Of a DNA stretch of 64,000 bases, positions 14,327 to 29,689 are shown in pieces. The stretch lies in the NCBI RefSeq assembly GCF_009914755.1, contig NC_060936.1, one strand, 5' to 3'. Source of the DNA: the human T2T-CHM13v2.0 reference genome, Homo sapiens. A program made the position numbers and the translations under genes. Positions within the stretch are counted from its first letter, which is position 1. Each line of letters opens with the position of its first letter. The notes beneath the pieces are model-generated. The model was not told the DNA's origin and searched no databases. It was given only the letters and a program-made list of their open reading frames with translations.

Positions 14327-14544
14327 ATATCCTGTATATTCTTCATTCCCTAGATCGAGTCCATTTTTATTAACACCACTTCACCATTTCACCAAGGTCA
14401 TATGATTTCATTAACTCAAGTTTTTAGCCACTCTAGTGCATCATGATTGTTTTCTACGTAGACAGTTGCCTTTCTGTGACAGTTTTCATTGTGTTTATCT
14501 TATTTGCTGTCTTTGTTAGGAAATTTTTTCTGCAGTTGCAATAG

Positions 14545-15045
<501 letters not shown>

Positions 15046-15494
15046 TTATTCCTTTTCATTGTTTCCCACAACCCACCTTCCCTTTCAACCAGGCTGGTGG
15101 TGTTACTTTCCTAAACATTCCATGTCCAATTTTGATCTTGGTTCTCAGATTTGGCTTTTATACTATAATTTTTTGAGTGCCCTTCTTCCTCCACTTTGGT
15201 TATTTAATTACTACCTATCCTTTCAAATCTAATGCAAGCCCTGTTTAACAAATAAATGCCTTTCTGATAGCTTTATTTTAAACTAATCTGCTCTTTCTTT
15301 TAGCTCCCTTAATACTACAGAAAATATGACTCTGTTGTCCTAATGCATCGTGACTTATCTATTCCAGGGATGTATTATATTTTGCATTGTTTCTCATTGT
15401 TTTCTATAGTTTTTCTATGTTTTAATTTTTGTATGATGGTTGGTTGCTATATTTCTAAATGTCAGGTACAGGTTTTGGTCAGAAAGGAGGGGGG

Positions 15495-16106
<612 letters not shown>

Positions 16107-18066
16107 GAGTGAAGGCAGCAAGGGGTGGACAGGGACACATCTGCCAGTTATTTTAAAAATATTTTTATTTATAGAAATAACATAAAGTTTTATGGAACTC
16201 TGGCCAGAAACCCTCCACTTAGATTTCTTTGCATGGAATTATGTCACGTGTTGACCCCTCTCTAAAAGTTGCCTCTGGCAGGGGCTAGCAGAAGGTTGCT
16301 GCAGACAACCAACAGTATCCCACATACATAGTAAGCAACAGCTTAAATAGCTACTTTCCCTATGGAAACTTCAGTCTGAAAAAGCCCTCTACATGTATCT
16401 TTCAGAAAATAACTTTTTAAGTTAATGAAACTACTAACTTAATTTCTGAAGGGAAGTTTATAGTTTTATTTGGGGGGAGGATTTTGATGCTTATTGGCTT
16501 TTCTTTGTTGTCAAAGAATGTATACAAAAGATATTGCTATTTCAGGTCTGGATTGAAGAACTCCTCAGAATATAAATCCTTGTTTTATTGCTGGAAGGAA
16601 AAAAGCAGAATAAGGCACGAGTTAGCATCTTGAAAGACACAACAGGGATTTATTTTCCCTTCTCTTCGTGTGTGTGCCCTTTAATTTTTTCATTCCTCAA
16701 GCAGAACTCAGGCAACCCCAAATTAAAGCAGTTCAGGACGTACATCACATGATGATTACATTGTATCTGGCTGTTCTGGAGATGGACAGATAACAGTTGT
16801 TGTAGAAAACCTTTTGTAGTGTCTGAAAAGACAACTGTCACAAAGAATGCTGTAACTCCCCTGTGTTACAAGATAAAGTTAAATTAGATCAGCTGAGGTT
16901 CTTTACAGGTAGTGATCTCTTTAGTGGTATTTGAAATGTGTTGACTGAACAGAACTAGAGTGTCCTAAGTGAAGTTTTGTTATCCATGGGAGCCTGTTGT
17001 AAATGCCACAGTGTTGTGATGTATGTTTAACTAATTTCATGTTCTTTCGAAGCTCCTGTTCAGTAGCTTAAAATGTTCATTACCAGTAAACATTGTACAT
17101 TAGCAGACAAGAGCCTAGAGAAAACACCACTTACCCTTTGGTAATGGACAAATAGATAATAGTGGAAGATGAGAATTAATTGTCTTTATGCAGGTGTCAC
17201 ATCAGCCTGCAATAGAACAGGATTATTTATGCTTTCAAAAAAATACCATTGTGCTTTTATGAGATACAGAGCAGGCAAATAGCTGCTAAAGAATAAATTA
17301 TTTGAATTGGTATTAATGTGGTGACTTAATTCAGAGCATCGAGGAATATAATGCACGTTTCTAACACCCCTCCCCTTTTTCTTAAATTCAAGAAGTACTG
17401 CAAAATGATTGAGACTTCAGAATTAGGAACTGTGGCAGAACGATTTGTTCTTTTATCCTGCTTTTTACGTGGGCAGTTTGTTTGCTTATCAGCACTCTTG
17501 AAGGTGCTGATCCTAAATTGTCAGGCCTATTGGTCCTGGCTGGAGAGAGCATTGTTTGCCTTATTGTGAGAGTGAAAGCATTATGGAATACATTTAAGAA
17601 TTTTTATATAGAGGCCTTCATTTGTCTTAGAATTATTCAGTGATACAAAGAGCTTTCATAGCTGTTACTGGACACTAGAATACTAAGAACTGCATGTATA
17701 TTCAAGAAATATTTTTGCCCATTTGCTCACTTATTCAGCTTTTGATTTGCCTCTGGCATTTTTGTATTGAGACAACTAACATCAACATCTTGTCCATAGG
17801 TCTAATAAAGTATGTCCTTTGAGTTAGGTATATATTTCATTTTTATCTTGAGTGCCAGGGCTCAATTAATAGTAGTATTTGGCACTGTCCATGTTTTTGT
17901 CTACTGGGAAGTATTTCATTTAATTGAACACATATTTATGGGATGCATCATATTTCAGCACTCGTGTGTATAATGGGGTACAAAGAAGACTATGGCTTTG
18001 AGCTTTGTGAGGGACATACACCCACATGAACCTTCCTTTCTCTGCCCCCCATCTGCCTCCAAAACA

Positions 18067-18684
18067 CATTGTAGGCAGAATTCTAAAGAAGAGAAGCTAG
18101 GGTCCTGTCCCCTGGCTATTCAAACCTGAATCCAGGCCCTATTGCAAAGGGACTTCGTAGATGTAATTAAAGTCCCAAATCAGTTGGCCTTAAGATATGG
18201 TGATTGTCCAAATGGGCATGACCCAGATGGATAAGCAAACCATTCAGAGAGTTTTCTCTAGCAACGGCAGAACAGGAAGCCAGCGATATGCAAAGCCTGA
18301 GAAGGACTCTACTCACTCTGCTATTGCCAGTTTGAAGACAGAGGAGGGCCAAATGAAAAGGAATGTGCACAGCCTCTAGAAGCTGACAGTGGCTCCTGGA
18401 TGGCAGCCAGTAAGGAAATAAGGACATCAGTCTTGGAATAGCAAGGAAATGGAATTTGTCCAACAACTTGAATGATCATGGAAGTAGATTCTTCCTTAAA
18501 GCTTCCAGATAAGAGCCCAGTCTGGCCATTACCTTGATTTTGGCTTGATGGGGCTCTAAGCAAGAGAACCCACCTGAGTTATTGCTGAGTTTCTGACCTA
18601 CAGAACTGTGAGCCAGTGAGTTTGTTTTGTCCTAAGCCTCTACCATTGTGGTGACTTGTTATACAACAATGGCAAACTAATAAA
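18067..18684 (+). mobile_element. MaLR LTR (MLT1E-like), near full length
   Basis: GTAGGCAGAATTCTAAAG start, TTCTGACCTACAGAACTGTGAG internal motif, AAACTAATA end. Confidence 0.85.
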
Positions 18685-18807
18685 CACACACAGAGTGATC
18701 ATTTCCTTTATACCAGGATATATGAGAGGTGCTAATTAATTTCAGTTTTCAGGACCAAAAAGAAAAGGTTTAGATAATATTAACAGGATTTTAAATTTAC
18801 TACAAAT

Positions 18808-18945
18808 ATCTTCATTTTATACATGAGAAAATAGAAGTTCAGAGAAGTTAAGGTTTTATCCAAGATTTTAGATCTGGCTAGTGGCAGAGCTGGGATAGAA
18901 GCTTGTCTCCTGATTCAAGGTTCAGCATTTTTTTAACTGTATCTT
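18808..18945 (-). mobile_element. MIR
   Basis: CATTTTATACATGAGAAAATAGAAGTTCAGAGAAGTTAAG...GTGGCAGAGCTGGGAT. Confidence 0.75.
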
Positions 18946-19539
18946 ACTATGGTGCATAATGACTTCCAGCTTTAAATTGGAACCAAAGTGTAAAAAAGCT
19001 AAATAATGGTAATTTCTCTGTCATAATGCCAAGTGTAATGAAGGAAAGAAATGGAAGAAAAAGGTAATTTCAGGAAAGCATTATTATTTTTTGTCTAAAG
19101 ATTTTAGAGCATGGAATTGAGTGCATTGCTTTGACTTACTCGTTAGGCAATATAGAAGCATTCATACCTTCAATGGAGTATTGTTCCTTCTAACAATATC
19201 GACCCACTGCTGAATTCTTCTAATGATGTTGCTATTATTTGGCATATCATGGGAGTAGCTTTTTTACTTAAATACGTTTAGCACTTTCTTTTTAGCAACT
19301 ATTTGATTGGGAGGATTAATATGATATTGTTTCCAGTAGCTTGTAGATAGTTCTAATATGAAGAATCAGATTTGGTGATCATCCTGAATAATATAATAAA
19401 CACCAGTTGGGCTAGTATATAAGAAAATTGGGCTAGGTAATATAACCAAAAGAAAATACTGGTGTTAAGTATTAAGTTGGACTTTCTTATTTGTTTTCTA
19501 AATTCAATCTAATTAACCGTAGTTTTTAAAAAAAGTTTA

Positions 19540-19836
<297 letters not shown>

Positions 19837-19894
19837 TTAGAAGTCATTTTGGAGCAATGTTGGCATGACTGGAGTGAGTATCCCATCTCTTCTG

Positions 19895-20446
<552 letters not shown>

Positions 20447-21207
20447 CTATATATATGTGGGTAAGCTTCTTATATATAAACCTAATACATAGTTTGTGCT
20501 ACGCATTGTTTGTCTCTTAAAATGTTTTTAGTGGTAGTTAAATGATATGTTCAGGTTTGATGAATAAGTGTAGCTTCTTGTTTTACTTGACCCCAATAAA
20601 TAGAATTCCCCAGTGAATCTTATCCTTTGCTTATTTCACGTCAAATATGTGCATAGCACCTCTTTGACGGTGGCTCAGAGTATGTTTGCTGACAACTGGA
20701 GGAGTTAAAGTGGGTGGTTCTCTGTTTTTATAACCTTCTTTTCCTGCCTTGGGGACACACGTTACCCAGAATCACACTGGCTTCTCCTGAGTATGCTAAA
20801 CTCTTTTAATTTAGACTGCTTCTACTTTAGAAACTAATACGCATTTGTATTTACACTATGAGAAAACAAAATCCTTGCCCTCGTAGACTTACATTCTCAT
20901 GGGAGACATGGGAAGCAAACAATTTTTTTACTTGCTTGGTGTCTCTCACCTGAGTTTAAAAATCTGGACACAGCTCCACTTTGTAGATTTGATGCTTTTT
21001 TGTTTTTTTTTAATTTGGTATAAAAGCTGTACTGTGATTGTGAGACACAGCCTCAGCACAAAGAACTGAATGTCTTCATCCCTATTGGTCCAGGTGGGCT
21101 CCTATTCTCTTGGTCTCTTGCAGCCTTACTTGTTCTGTGGCTCCTCAGAGCAGATATAAGCAGTAGCAATGCTAGTGCTTCAGGAACAAGGGTAAAGATT
21201 GTGTTAA

Positions 21208-21573
<366 letters not shown>

Positions 21574-22269
21574 TGAAGATGGAAGAGAAGGGTTCTCACA
21601 GAAAAACATACAGTAGCCAATTCGGATATTTCTGTGATGGCTCACTACATACTTATTTGTAGTTTTTTTTCTCATTCCTTTAATTGTATTTCATTCAAAT
21701 TTTGAAGTTCCTCTTTTGTTTTATACCACTGAACTCTAAAAGTTTAATCTTTTTTTTTTTTAATACAAAGAATGATTGATTTTAAATACTTTCTACAATG
21801 CTGGCCATATCAAGCAGCTTTCTATAGAAACTAGCATGCTTGTTTAAGATGAAGAGAAGAGATGGCCCTGGATGTCTTTTCCTCATGTTTTTGAGAAGTG
21901 ACCTCAGGTTTGGCATTTCTTTAGGGGCTTAGAGGATCTTGTTGGCAATTGGCATTCTGCACTCTGTTCTCCGCACCCAGTACCTCCAGGGGATAGAGAT
22001 TGCATCAGAAATAATCAAGTTGATTATTTTATGATAATAGCTGATATGTAGAGAGGTTTTTTTAAAAACCTAACGGTAAGTGCTTTGTATGAACTGGCTT
22101 ATTTAATTTTCACAATGCTGTGAGATAATAATAGCTATCGTCAGTCCTGTGAGATATTATTATTAATCCTGACTTTATGTCTATTGTCTCTCCTTGTTTC
22201 AGACACTATACAAAGTGCTTTATAGGTATTATTTTTCTAATTCCTCCCCAAAGTCTTCTGAAATATCCC

Positions 22270-22390
22270 ACTAGAATATAAGCTGTATGAGTGTTATGAC
22301 TTTTTCTTCTTCTGGGCTAAATTCTGGGAGAGCATTTAGTATAATACCTATTGCAGGATAGGTGCTTAGTAAATAGTTATTGATTGAACA
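22270..22390 (+). mobile_element. L2 3' end between antisense MIR fragments (about 22200-22265 and 22395-22515)
   Basis: CACTAGAATATAAGCT...TAGGTGCTTAGTAAATAGTTATTGATTGAA; flanking MIR motif GAGGAAACTG...AATAACTTGCCCAAG. Confidence 0.65.
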
Positions 22391-22618
22391 AATTCCAGTT
22401 TTTTTTGAACGAGGAAACTGTTAAGAAAAGTTAAATAACTTGCCCAAGTTCAAGTGATGAAGCTGGGAATTACACCCAGGCAAGCGTGACTTCAGAGCCT
22501 GCAACCTTTATCTTTGTGTTATGAGAGTTATTTTTTCTTTGTTAACAAATTTCTGGGATAATGTTGAATTCTGAGGCAGAATGATGTGTTAAACTAGGTT
22601 TCTAAAATTAAATATATA

Positions 22619-23061
22619 CACAATAGCAAAGACTTGGAACCAACCCAAATGTCCAACAATGATAGACTGGATTAAGAAAATGTGGCACATATACACAATG
22701 GAATACTATGCAGCTATAAAAAATGATGAGTTCATGTCCTTTGTAGGGACGTGGATGAAATTGGAAATCATCATTCTCAGTAAACTATCACAAGGACAAA
22801 AAACCAAACACCGCATATTCTCACTCATAGGTGGGAATTGAACAATAAGAACACATGGACACAGGAAGGGGAGCATCACACTCTGGGAACTGTTGTGGGG
22901 TGGAGGGACGGGGGAGGGATAGCATTAGGAGATATACCTAATGCTAAATGACGAGTTAATGGGTGCAGCACACCAGCATGGCACATGTATACATATGTAA
23001 CAAACCTGCACATGGTGCACATGTATACTAAAACTTAAAGTATAATAATAATAAAATAAAA
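22619..23061 (+). mobile_element. 5'-truncated L1 (L1PA3-like): ORF2 C-terminus, 3'UTR and tail
   Basis: ORF 22659-22841 (..WHIYTMEYYAAIKNDEFMSF..HRIFSLIGGN*) is the ORF2p C-terminus. 3'UTR GCTAAATGACGAGTTAATGGG is non-Ta (GAG). Perfect 16-bp TSD TAAAATTAAATATATA at 22603/23062. Confidence 0.95.
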
Positions 23062-23710
23062 TAAAATTAAATATATAAAGTTATTTTGGAAACTTCAAAT
23101 TTTTGAAATTTGTAAATTGTCACTTAATGGGAAAGGTTTTAAGGTTTACAATGGCTAATAAAGAAATCATGGATAATGGTAATGTTGCTGGTTTATGGGA
23201 GGTGAGTATATTAACATTCATATGAATGTATGTGAATATTAAGATTCTCTGATACATTCAATGTTTGTAGTCTTTTTAAAGAAGGAAAATAGTGTGGAAA
23301 AAGTATCTGGAATTGTATGTTGTGTGGAATCTGAAATATTTTTTCCATATTTACATATTTTGGATGGTTCCAGTTAAACAGTTTTGTGTTAAAGGATGAA
23401 CAAAATGCCAAAGTATTTATAAAAGGAGTGTGTCAGTCTACACTGCCTCTCGATCATTGTGAACATGTACTTTATTCAGACCAATATTATTGGCTATTAG
23501 TGTTTAAACGCATTGACATTTTTATATGGGAAAAATGCCATTCCATTAGTAATTTGCAGTCTGTATTTAACATCTTTCCAAATAGTTGTTAAATAGATAC
23601 ATTATCCCTCTCCCCCATAGACTGTCAACTATGTTTTTATATTTATTGGAAGCTCCATTTTTTTTTTTTTTTTTTTTCTGAAGGCTTTCTCGTTGCTTAT
23701 AAGACTCTCA

Positions 23711-24025
<315 letters not shown>

Positions 24026-25917
24026 TTAGGGCTGGAGTTACCCTGAGTGACGATAGGGGCGCTGTTTATAGTCTTGGGAGCATAAACTGGGGAGTGGCGA
24101 TTCTTTTGGTAAATTGGCTTAGAGACTTCATAAAGACCAACTACCACCTCCAGCAAATTAATCTTAAAATAGGCCTATATAGCTGCATAACATCATCATG
24201 TATCTTAGTGGACATGAGTAAACATCTAGGATGCAGAACTTTAAAGACAAATGTGTGCTGTATTTGGGGTTTGCTTTAAATAGGGACAGTGAACTTCATA
24301 AATAATCAAGATTTTTAGGGAGCTAGGTTTAGCAACACATTGAGTCACATCTCTTCTGTCTTCTGTTTATCCCTGCTCAGCTGTGCCATGGAGTAGCACA
24401 GCTGGCTTTAAAATATCCAACATCAGGTGTCACTGTCTTGCTTTTATTAGACCCCTAGGCTAAAATCACCTTGATCACTTGTTCCTGCTGTTCTCGAGGG
24501 CTGCTACAGTGAGAATTTCTCTCTCTTGGTCTTTTCATCATCTTTTTGAATGAGCGGCTCTCTTAAGCCAATAAGATAGAAATATATACCCTGTTGACCT
24601 TGTGGCTTTTCTTTTCTGTTAAAGAAGCATTCAGGCAGATACCAGATATATGAGGCGGTCCTTTCAGCTGCTCATCTTTTCCACTCATCACTTTTGCCCT
24701 CCTACCCTCAGGAGCCAGGTCATTCTCCGTAGGTGAGCTGTGTAAAATCTATTTTATAGACGTATATAAGGAGAAAATAATTTATTTCTGCAGTCTTCAT
24801 ATTGTCATGCCAGTATGCTAGCTGAAAACATAATGGCTTTTTTTTTTTTTTTTGAGGAGAAGTTTTCTGGTTTTTTAGCAAAAGAGACTGACCATGTGTA
24901 AACATTCTTTAAACTGTTTCCTCACTGTGGTTTTACTGTGTGGAGGGCTAAATTTTAAAAGTAAATATAATGTTATAACAATTTGCTTATTACCAGCAAG
25001 TTTTTAATATTGACCAATGTTTTATGTATTGGGTGGCTTAATGGTTTTAACTGGAGAAAACTGATTAGGAAGACAGTTATTCACTTCTGTTTGCTGAACT
25101 GGAAGGAAGTCATAAAAAAAGAAAACTTCAGAAGCTGACTTTTTTCAAAGAAGATATGAGAAGTTTAGATATAACTTGTGAAATTTAGGTCTCTCTCATG
25201 AGATTGCCAAAGGCACAGTTAAATTCTCTGGGAGGCCCAATTGATTATTGTGTAAAGCTGTTTAAATTTTCAAGGATCTTCTAAAATGCATTTCTAGTTT
25301 TTGATACAAAAGTTAATTGATTTCAGATGTCAGCTTGTGTCTTATGGTGATGAAAGTGGTTGAGGAAATACAGGTAAAAATAAAGCGTACTATATTAATT
25401 GGAAAACATTGATGGAGTTGGAGCTGTCATTGAGTGGATTCTCTAGGGAGTCTTAGTAGGTCACGTTTTTCCAGGCATTGGGGCATTCTGGGATCCAACA
25501 GTTAAATCTGTGAAGGGACAAATAAAGATGTCACCAGAATCAGGAGATTGAGATTTATGCCCAAAAGTCCAGATGCTTTCTTGGGAGATACCCCAAAGAA
25601 ATGATATCTACTAACATTTCTGCCTTTAGTTTATCAGAAAGAAGTTGAGAGAAGATCAGGAATAAGGCATTTCTTATAATAAGAGTAATTGTATTTTTTT
25701 AAAGGTACTCCTTTCTTAGTGGCTTCTAGAAATACTGTCATTGATTTTTCATATCAATAGTTTAATTCACTGAGTTAAGAAAACTGTTATTTTTTAAAAA
25801 ACAAAACAAAACACAAAGAAAAACCCATGGGGTTTTGGGGCTTAGAAACTTTGTGTTATAAGAAGTATAATAGCTATGTTCTGCTAATTTATTTATATAA
25901 CAAAACTTTTTAAATTA

Positions 25918-26265
<348 letters not shown>

Positions 26266-26768
26266 AAAAGGTACTTCAGCTGAGGCAGTTCATGCAGTAG
26301 TGTATCATTTTGGAATGTGGGTAAGCACCCCTGAATTTACATGGCCTGGAAATTTTTTATATTTGATTTTCTCAAAGTGCAGTATAACATACTCATCTCC
26401 TTGTGAACAGAAATGTTTGAGGATGGGTTAAATGAACTGTAGAAAGCATCTCAGAAAAAGGTGTTATGCAAGGCATAATTATTTTCCAAGTGCTATCTGA
26501 GCAGCTTTCACCAATCAAAGCTTCCTTGAAATAGAGATTACAATCAAAGTTCATCTGTATACTATTGTGTTTGGAGTACATGCCAACATTCCAACTTGAA
26601 GTTGCTTTGAGGGAAAAGTTCTTCAAATTCATCAGTGTTGTGGGGAAATGTGATTTAAATTCTGATTACTGGAAGCCTTATTACAGAGGAGGTGGCAAGC
26701 AGGTGAGTTGAGCTGTTCAGGATGTCTGTTTCTTATTTGTTCTTTTAAGATATTGCAAAGAAACTGAT

Positions 26769-27266
26769 TGTGGTGTCTATCTGTTGCTAGTTCTTCTCCA
26801 GCATCAATTCCCATTTTCTTCTTATAGTCTGGAATTTCCTTTGGGAAACCTCCTATATTCTTTGTCTATGTAGTTCAAGAGGGGCTGCTCACACCCCAAC
26901 CCATGCTGCAATCAAAAAGGGGTTCATCTGCTGCCCACAGTGACTAACTGATGATTAATTAATCAAAATTGTTCAAATGAAATTCAGTTCCTGGCATTTT
27001 TGTTGAAATTATTTAAAAGAAGACTTTACTTTTTCTTCTGGAGTTTTTTTAGCCAATAATAAGCAAGATCACCGGTGTTAGTGGTAGTTCTTTTGCTACC
27101 ATCACGTTTGAGAGGAAGGCAGAGCTTGGAGCTGGAGATACAGAATCCTGAGGACCTAGTCTGAATACCTGATCAGTTAGGCAGGCCAGTGAACTCTTCT
27201 GCTTTGTGTAAACCAGTTTGAGTTGGATTTCTGTCACTTGTAACTGAAATAGACCTGATTGACACA
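26769..27266 (+). mobile_element. Old MaLR LTR (MLT1K/L-like)
   Basis: 3' end CCAGTTTGAGTTGGATTTCTGTCACTTGTAACTGAAA...GATTGACACA. Confidence 0.65.
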
Positions 27267-27449
27267 CCCTTGTAAGTTTAGTGTCGGAACTGCTTTCACC
27301 CCAAGAGCTAACTTTTGTTATATGTATGTCATTGATTTTTGTTGTGGTGGTTGTTGTTAGTATTTTTCTTAAAAAATAAAATAGGGGTTTTTATCATAAT
27401 AAAAATAGAAATTACTAAATATAAAATGCTGTACTAGGAAAAAAAAACC

Positions 27450-27750
27450 CTGATATTTGTGCTCAAAGGTGACATCAGATGCCTGTGTCTAGTTTGGGAG
27501 TCAGGGTGACAGTACCTCATAAAATAAGTTGAAGGAACATTTCTTCTTTTTGTATTTTGTTAAATAATTTGTAGTTACCTGTTCTTTGAATGTCATAAAA
27601 TTATCTGTAAAACTATCTAATCATAGGTTGATTATCTCCTTAGTTTTTATTTGGGTATGTTCTACTTTGTTTTTCTAACTTCTTGAGTTGGATACTTAGT
27701 ATATTTTCTTTATTTACTAAAAAGCTTGTAAAATTATTTTAAAAAATCCT
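27450..27750 (-). mobile_element. Ancient L1M ORF2 fragment
   Basis: TCTAGTTTGGGAGTCAGGGTGACAGTACCTCATAAAATAAGTTG resembles antisense L1 RT region. Confidence 0.55.
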
Positions 27751-28489
27751 TGTCTCACAATTCTTCTCCTATCAATAATGATTTGAAATTTTTCCATGTA
27801 TATGAAACACCTCCAAGGACAGATAATGTCCTTGATTAGCAGAGTAGCTGGGTTATTACAGTCTGTCTCAAAGAGTTGAAGGGAAAAGCCTACATATATT
27901 CTTTACAAAAAGAGAGGTTAGATGTGCTTGGGAGCAATCATCCTGCCAGTAAAGCTGCGTGAGGGTTTTACCTTACTGATGTGGCCTCCCTGCGTTGGCA
28001 GGTATTACTGCTTCCAGATTTGGTCACAGCATGGGACAAAGGAATATACAGACCTCCTTCCTGCCTTTGAATAATTAGCATCAGCAGAGTATCCTGAATA
28101 GTGATTAGATATAAACAAAGCAAACAGATAGAGAACCTGGAGAGAGTTAGCTTTTAGGAATGCTTTAGAAATGATCACCAACTCTGTCAAATGTGGAGGC
28201 ATTTGTGGATTTTGATAGTATTTATTTATTTATTTTGGCCTAGCAGCATTTACTTTTTTTGGAAGACATCCACCCTGTACTGCAAGTGATGGCCCTACTG
28301 GCTGTATATACAGATGGGCAACTACGATTCCAAATATCACACAGCTATAGTAGGGTTCACCCAAATGGAGCCCTTTGCCTCCAGGGTCTTTTTCTTCCTG
28401 TGAAGAGAATTTGAATCAGTGCTCTAGTGGTAATAATACAAATATTGCTATCTTAGAAGTACTTAAACCTCTATATTTTCTTATTCCAG

Positions 28490-28633
28490 GTGGTTTTCCT
28501 GAAATCAAACTCTGATTTCCAGGGATAAAAAGACAACACGTGAAAAACCCCTGGTATTCTCAGATTTGACATGACTTTCACTGTATACATGGCTTTAACT
28601 CTATTTAATAGAATGTTCCTGTGAAGCTGAAAA
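28490..28633 (+). other. Candidate internal non-coding (5'UTR or lncRNA) exon, 144 nt
   Basis: Acceptor CTCTATATTTTCTTATTCCAG|G and donor AAA|GTAAGT; unique sequence inside a 7-kb Alu-free zone; stop codons in all three frames. Host gene not recognised. Confidence 0.6.
28571..28624 (+). CDS. Candidate upstream ORF, 17 aa (MTFTVYMALTLFNRMFL*)
   Basis: All three ATGs of the exon (28571, 28589, 28613) are in one frame ending at TGA 28622-28624. Translation is not demonstrated. Confidence 0.3.
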   Translation: MTFTVYMALTLFNRMFL

Positions 28634-29689
28634 GTAAGTGGATCCTGTTTTTGACTTAGTGGTAGAGCTTGCAGTTTAAATAATTCCACTGGGAATCTAT
28701 TAGGAAGCAAATGAGAGCCTCCTCCAGAGATCTTTGAGAGAGGCTTAAGGAAGCATTCCTCTGTTATTTGTTGTGCTATGTTCATCTGGTTCTAAGTCAA
28801 GATAAATATTGCTTCATTTGTATAGTTGTTTTCTTTTGCAATTTGCTCATGAGTGAAATCTCTTTAAAACGTTAACATTTGATTAAATATACTTGAATGC
28901 TTACAAAGAGTTTTTCATATAATTTATCTTGTTTATCTTTATAGCAACATTAAGGGACTGGTAGATATTTATGTTCCTCTTGGTGAGTTCATTGAAGAGC
29001 AATCTGAGGCTTTATATAGGTTAGGAAATACACTTTTTATATTTTGGGAATCCAGCCTGTACAGTGCTTATTATCACCATTTCTGCAGTTATGAGGTTAC
29101 TCTTGAAGACAAGAAAATATTTATTAATGAATTTTCAAATTGCTCCTTATTTGTATATTTCTCTCTGCTTAATGCTACCAACATTTCCACTCTTTGGCAT
29201 CAAGTGTTGATAATTCTTTTACTGTCTTCTGTGAATATCTCAAAACCACATGCAAATGCATTGCAAAATGCACAGTCAGATTTTACATCTTGCAAAGGAT
29301 GCAGGATTCCATGAAGTCAGGGAAAGTGGCTCAGTAAGATCTGCATTAACATATAAACCCCTAGGCAAATTGGTATGGCAGGATTGGATCAGGCAATTAT
29401 CACCATAGATAATGACAAGAGAAGCCCTTCAAGAGTCTGATTGAAATATCAAAGGATTACGTGAGACTCTTGGGAAATCAAAACCCTTGACTATTTTTGG
29501 CAGAAACAGTGTTTTTGTTCAGATTTTACTGTAAGTTGTATGAAGTAAGATTTGTGTGGTCCTGTTATCACTTAAGAAATATAAATTTTACCTTATTTTA
29601 TATTTATAAAAGAATATGAATAACCTGAATATCTGTATACTTCTCCCAGATATCATATTTCTGTCTCTACTATGAAAATCTGGAATTCT

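Noticed and set aside
16749-16826. ATGATGA...CTGA spacing resembling a C/D box snoRNA
   Set aside because: No terminal stem and no recognisable rRNA/snRNA guide complementarity
22659-22841. L1 ORF2p C-terminal peptide as a gene
   Set aside because: A 60-codon remnant of a 5'-truncated L1 with no promoter
24044-24065. AGGGGCGCTG as a possible CTCF site
   Set aside because: The 5' half of the CTCF core (CCACCAG/CCGCNAG) does not match
28490-28633. Assigning a gene symbol to the exon candidate
   Set aside because: I cannot match it to a known transcript reliably from memory; a BLAT search is needed
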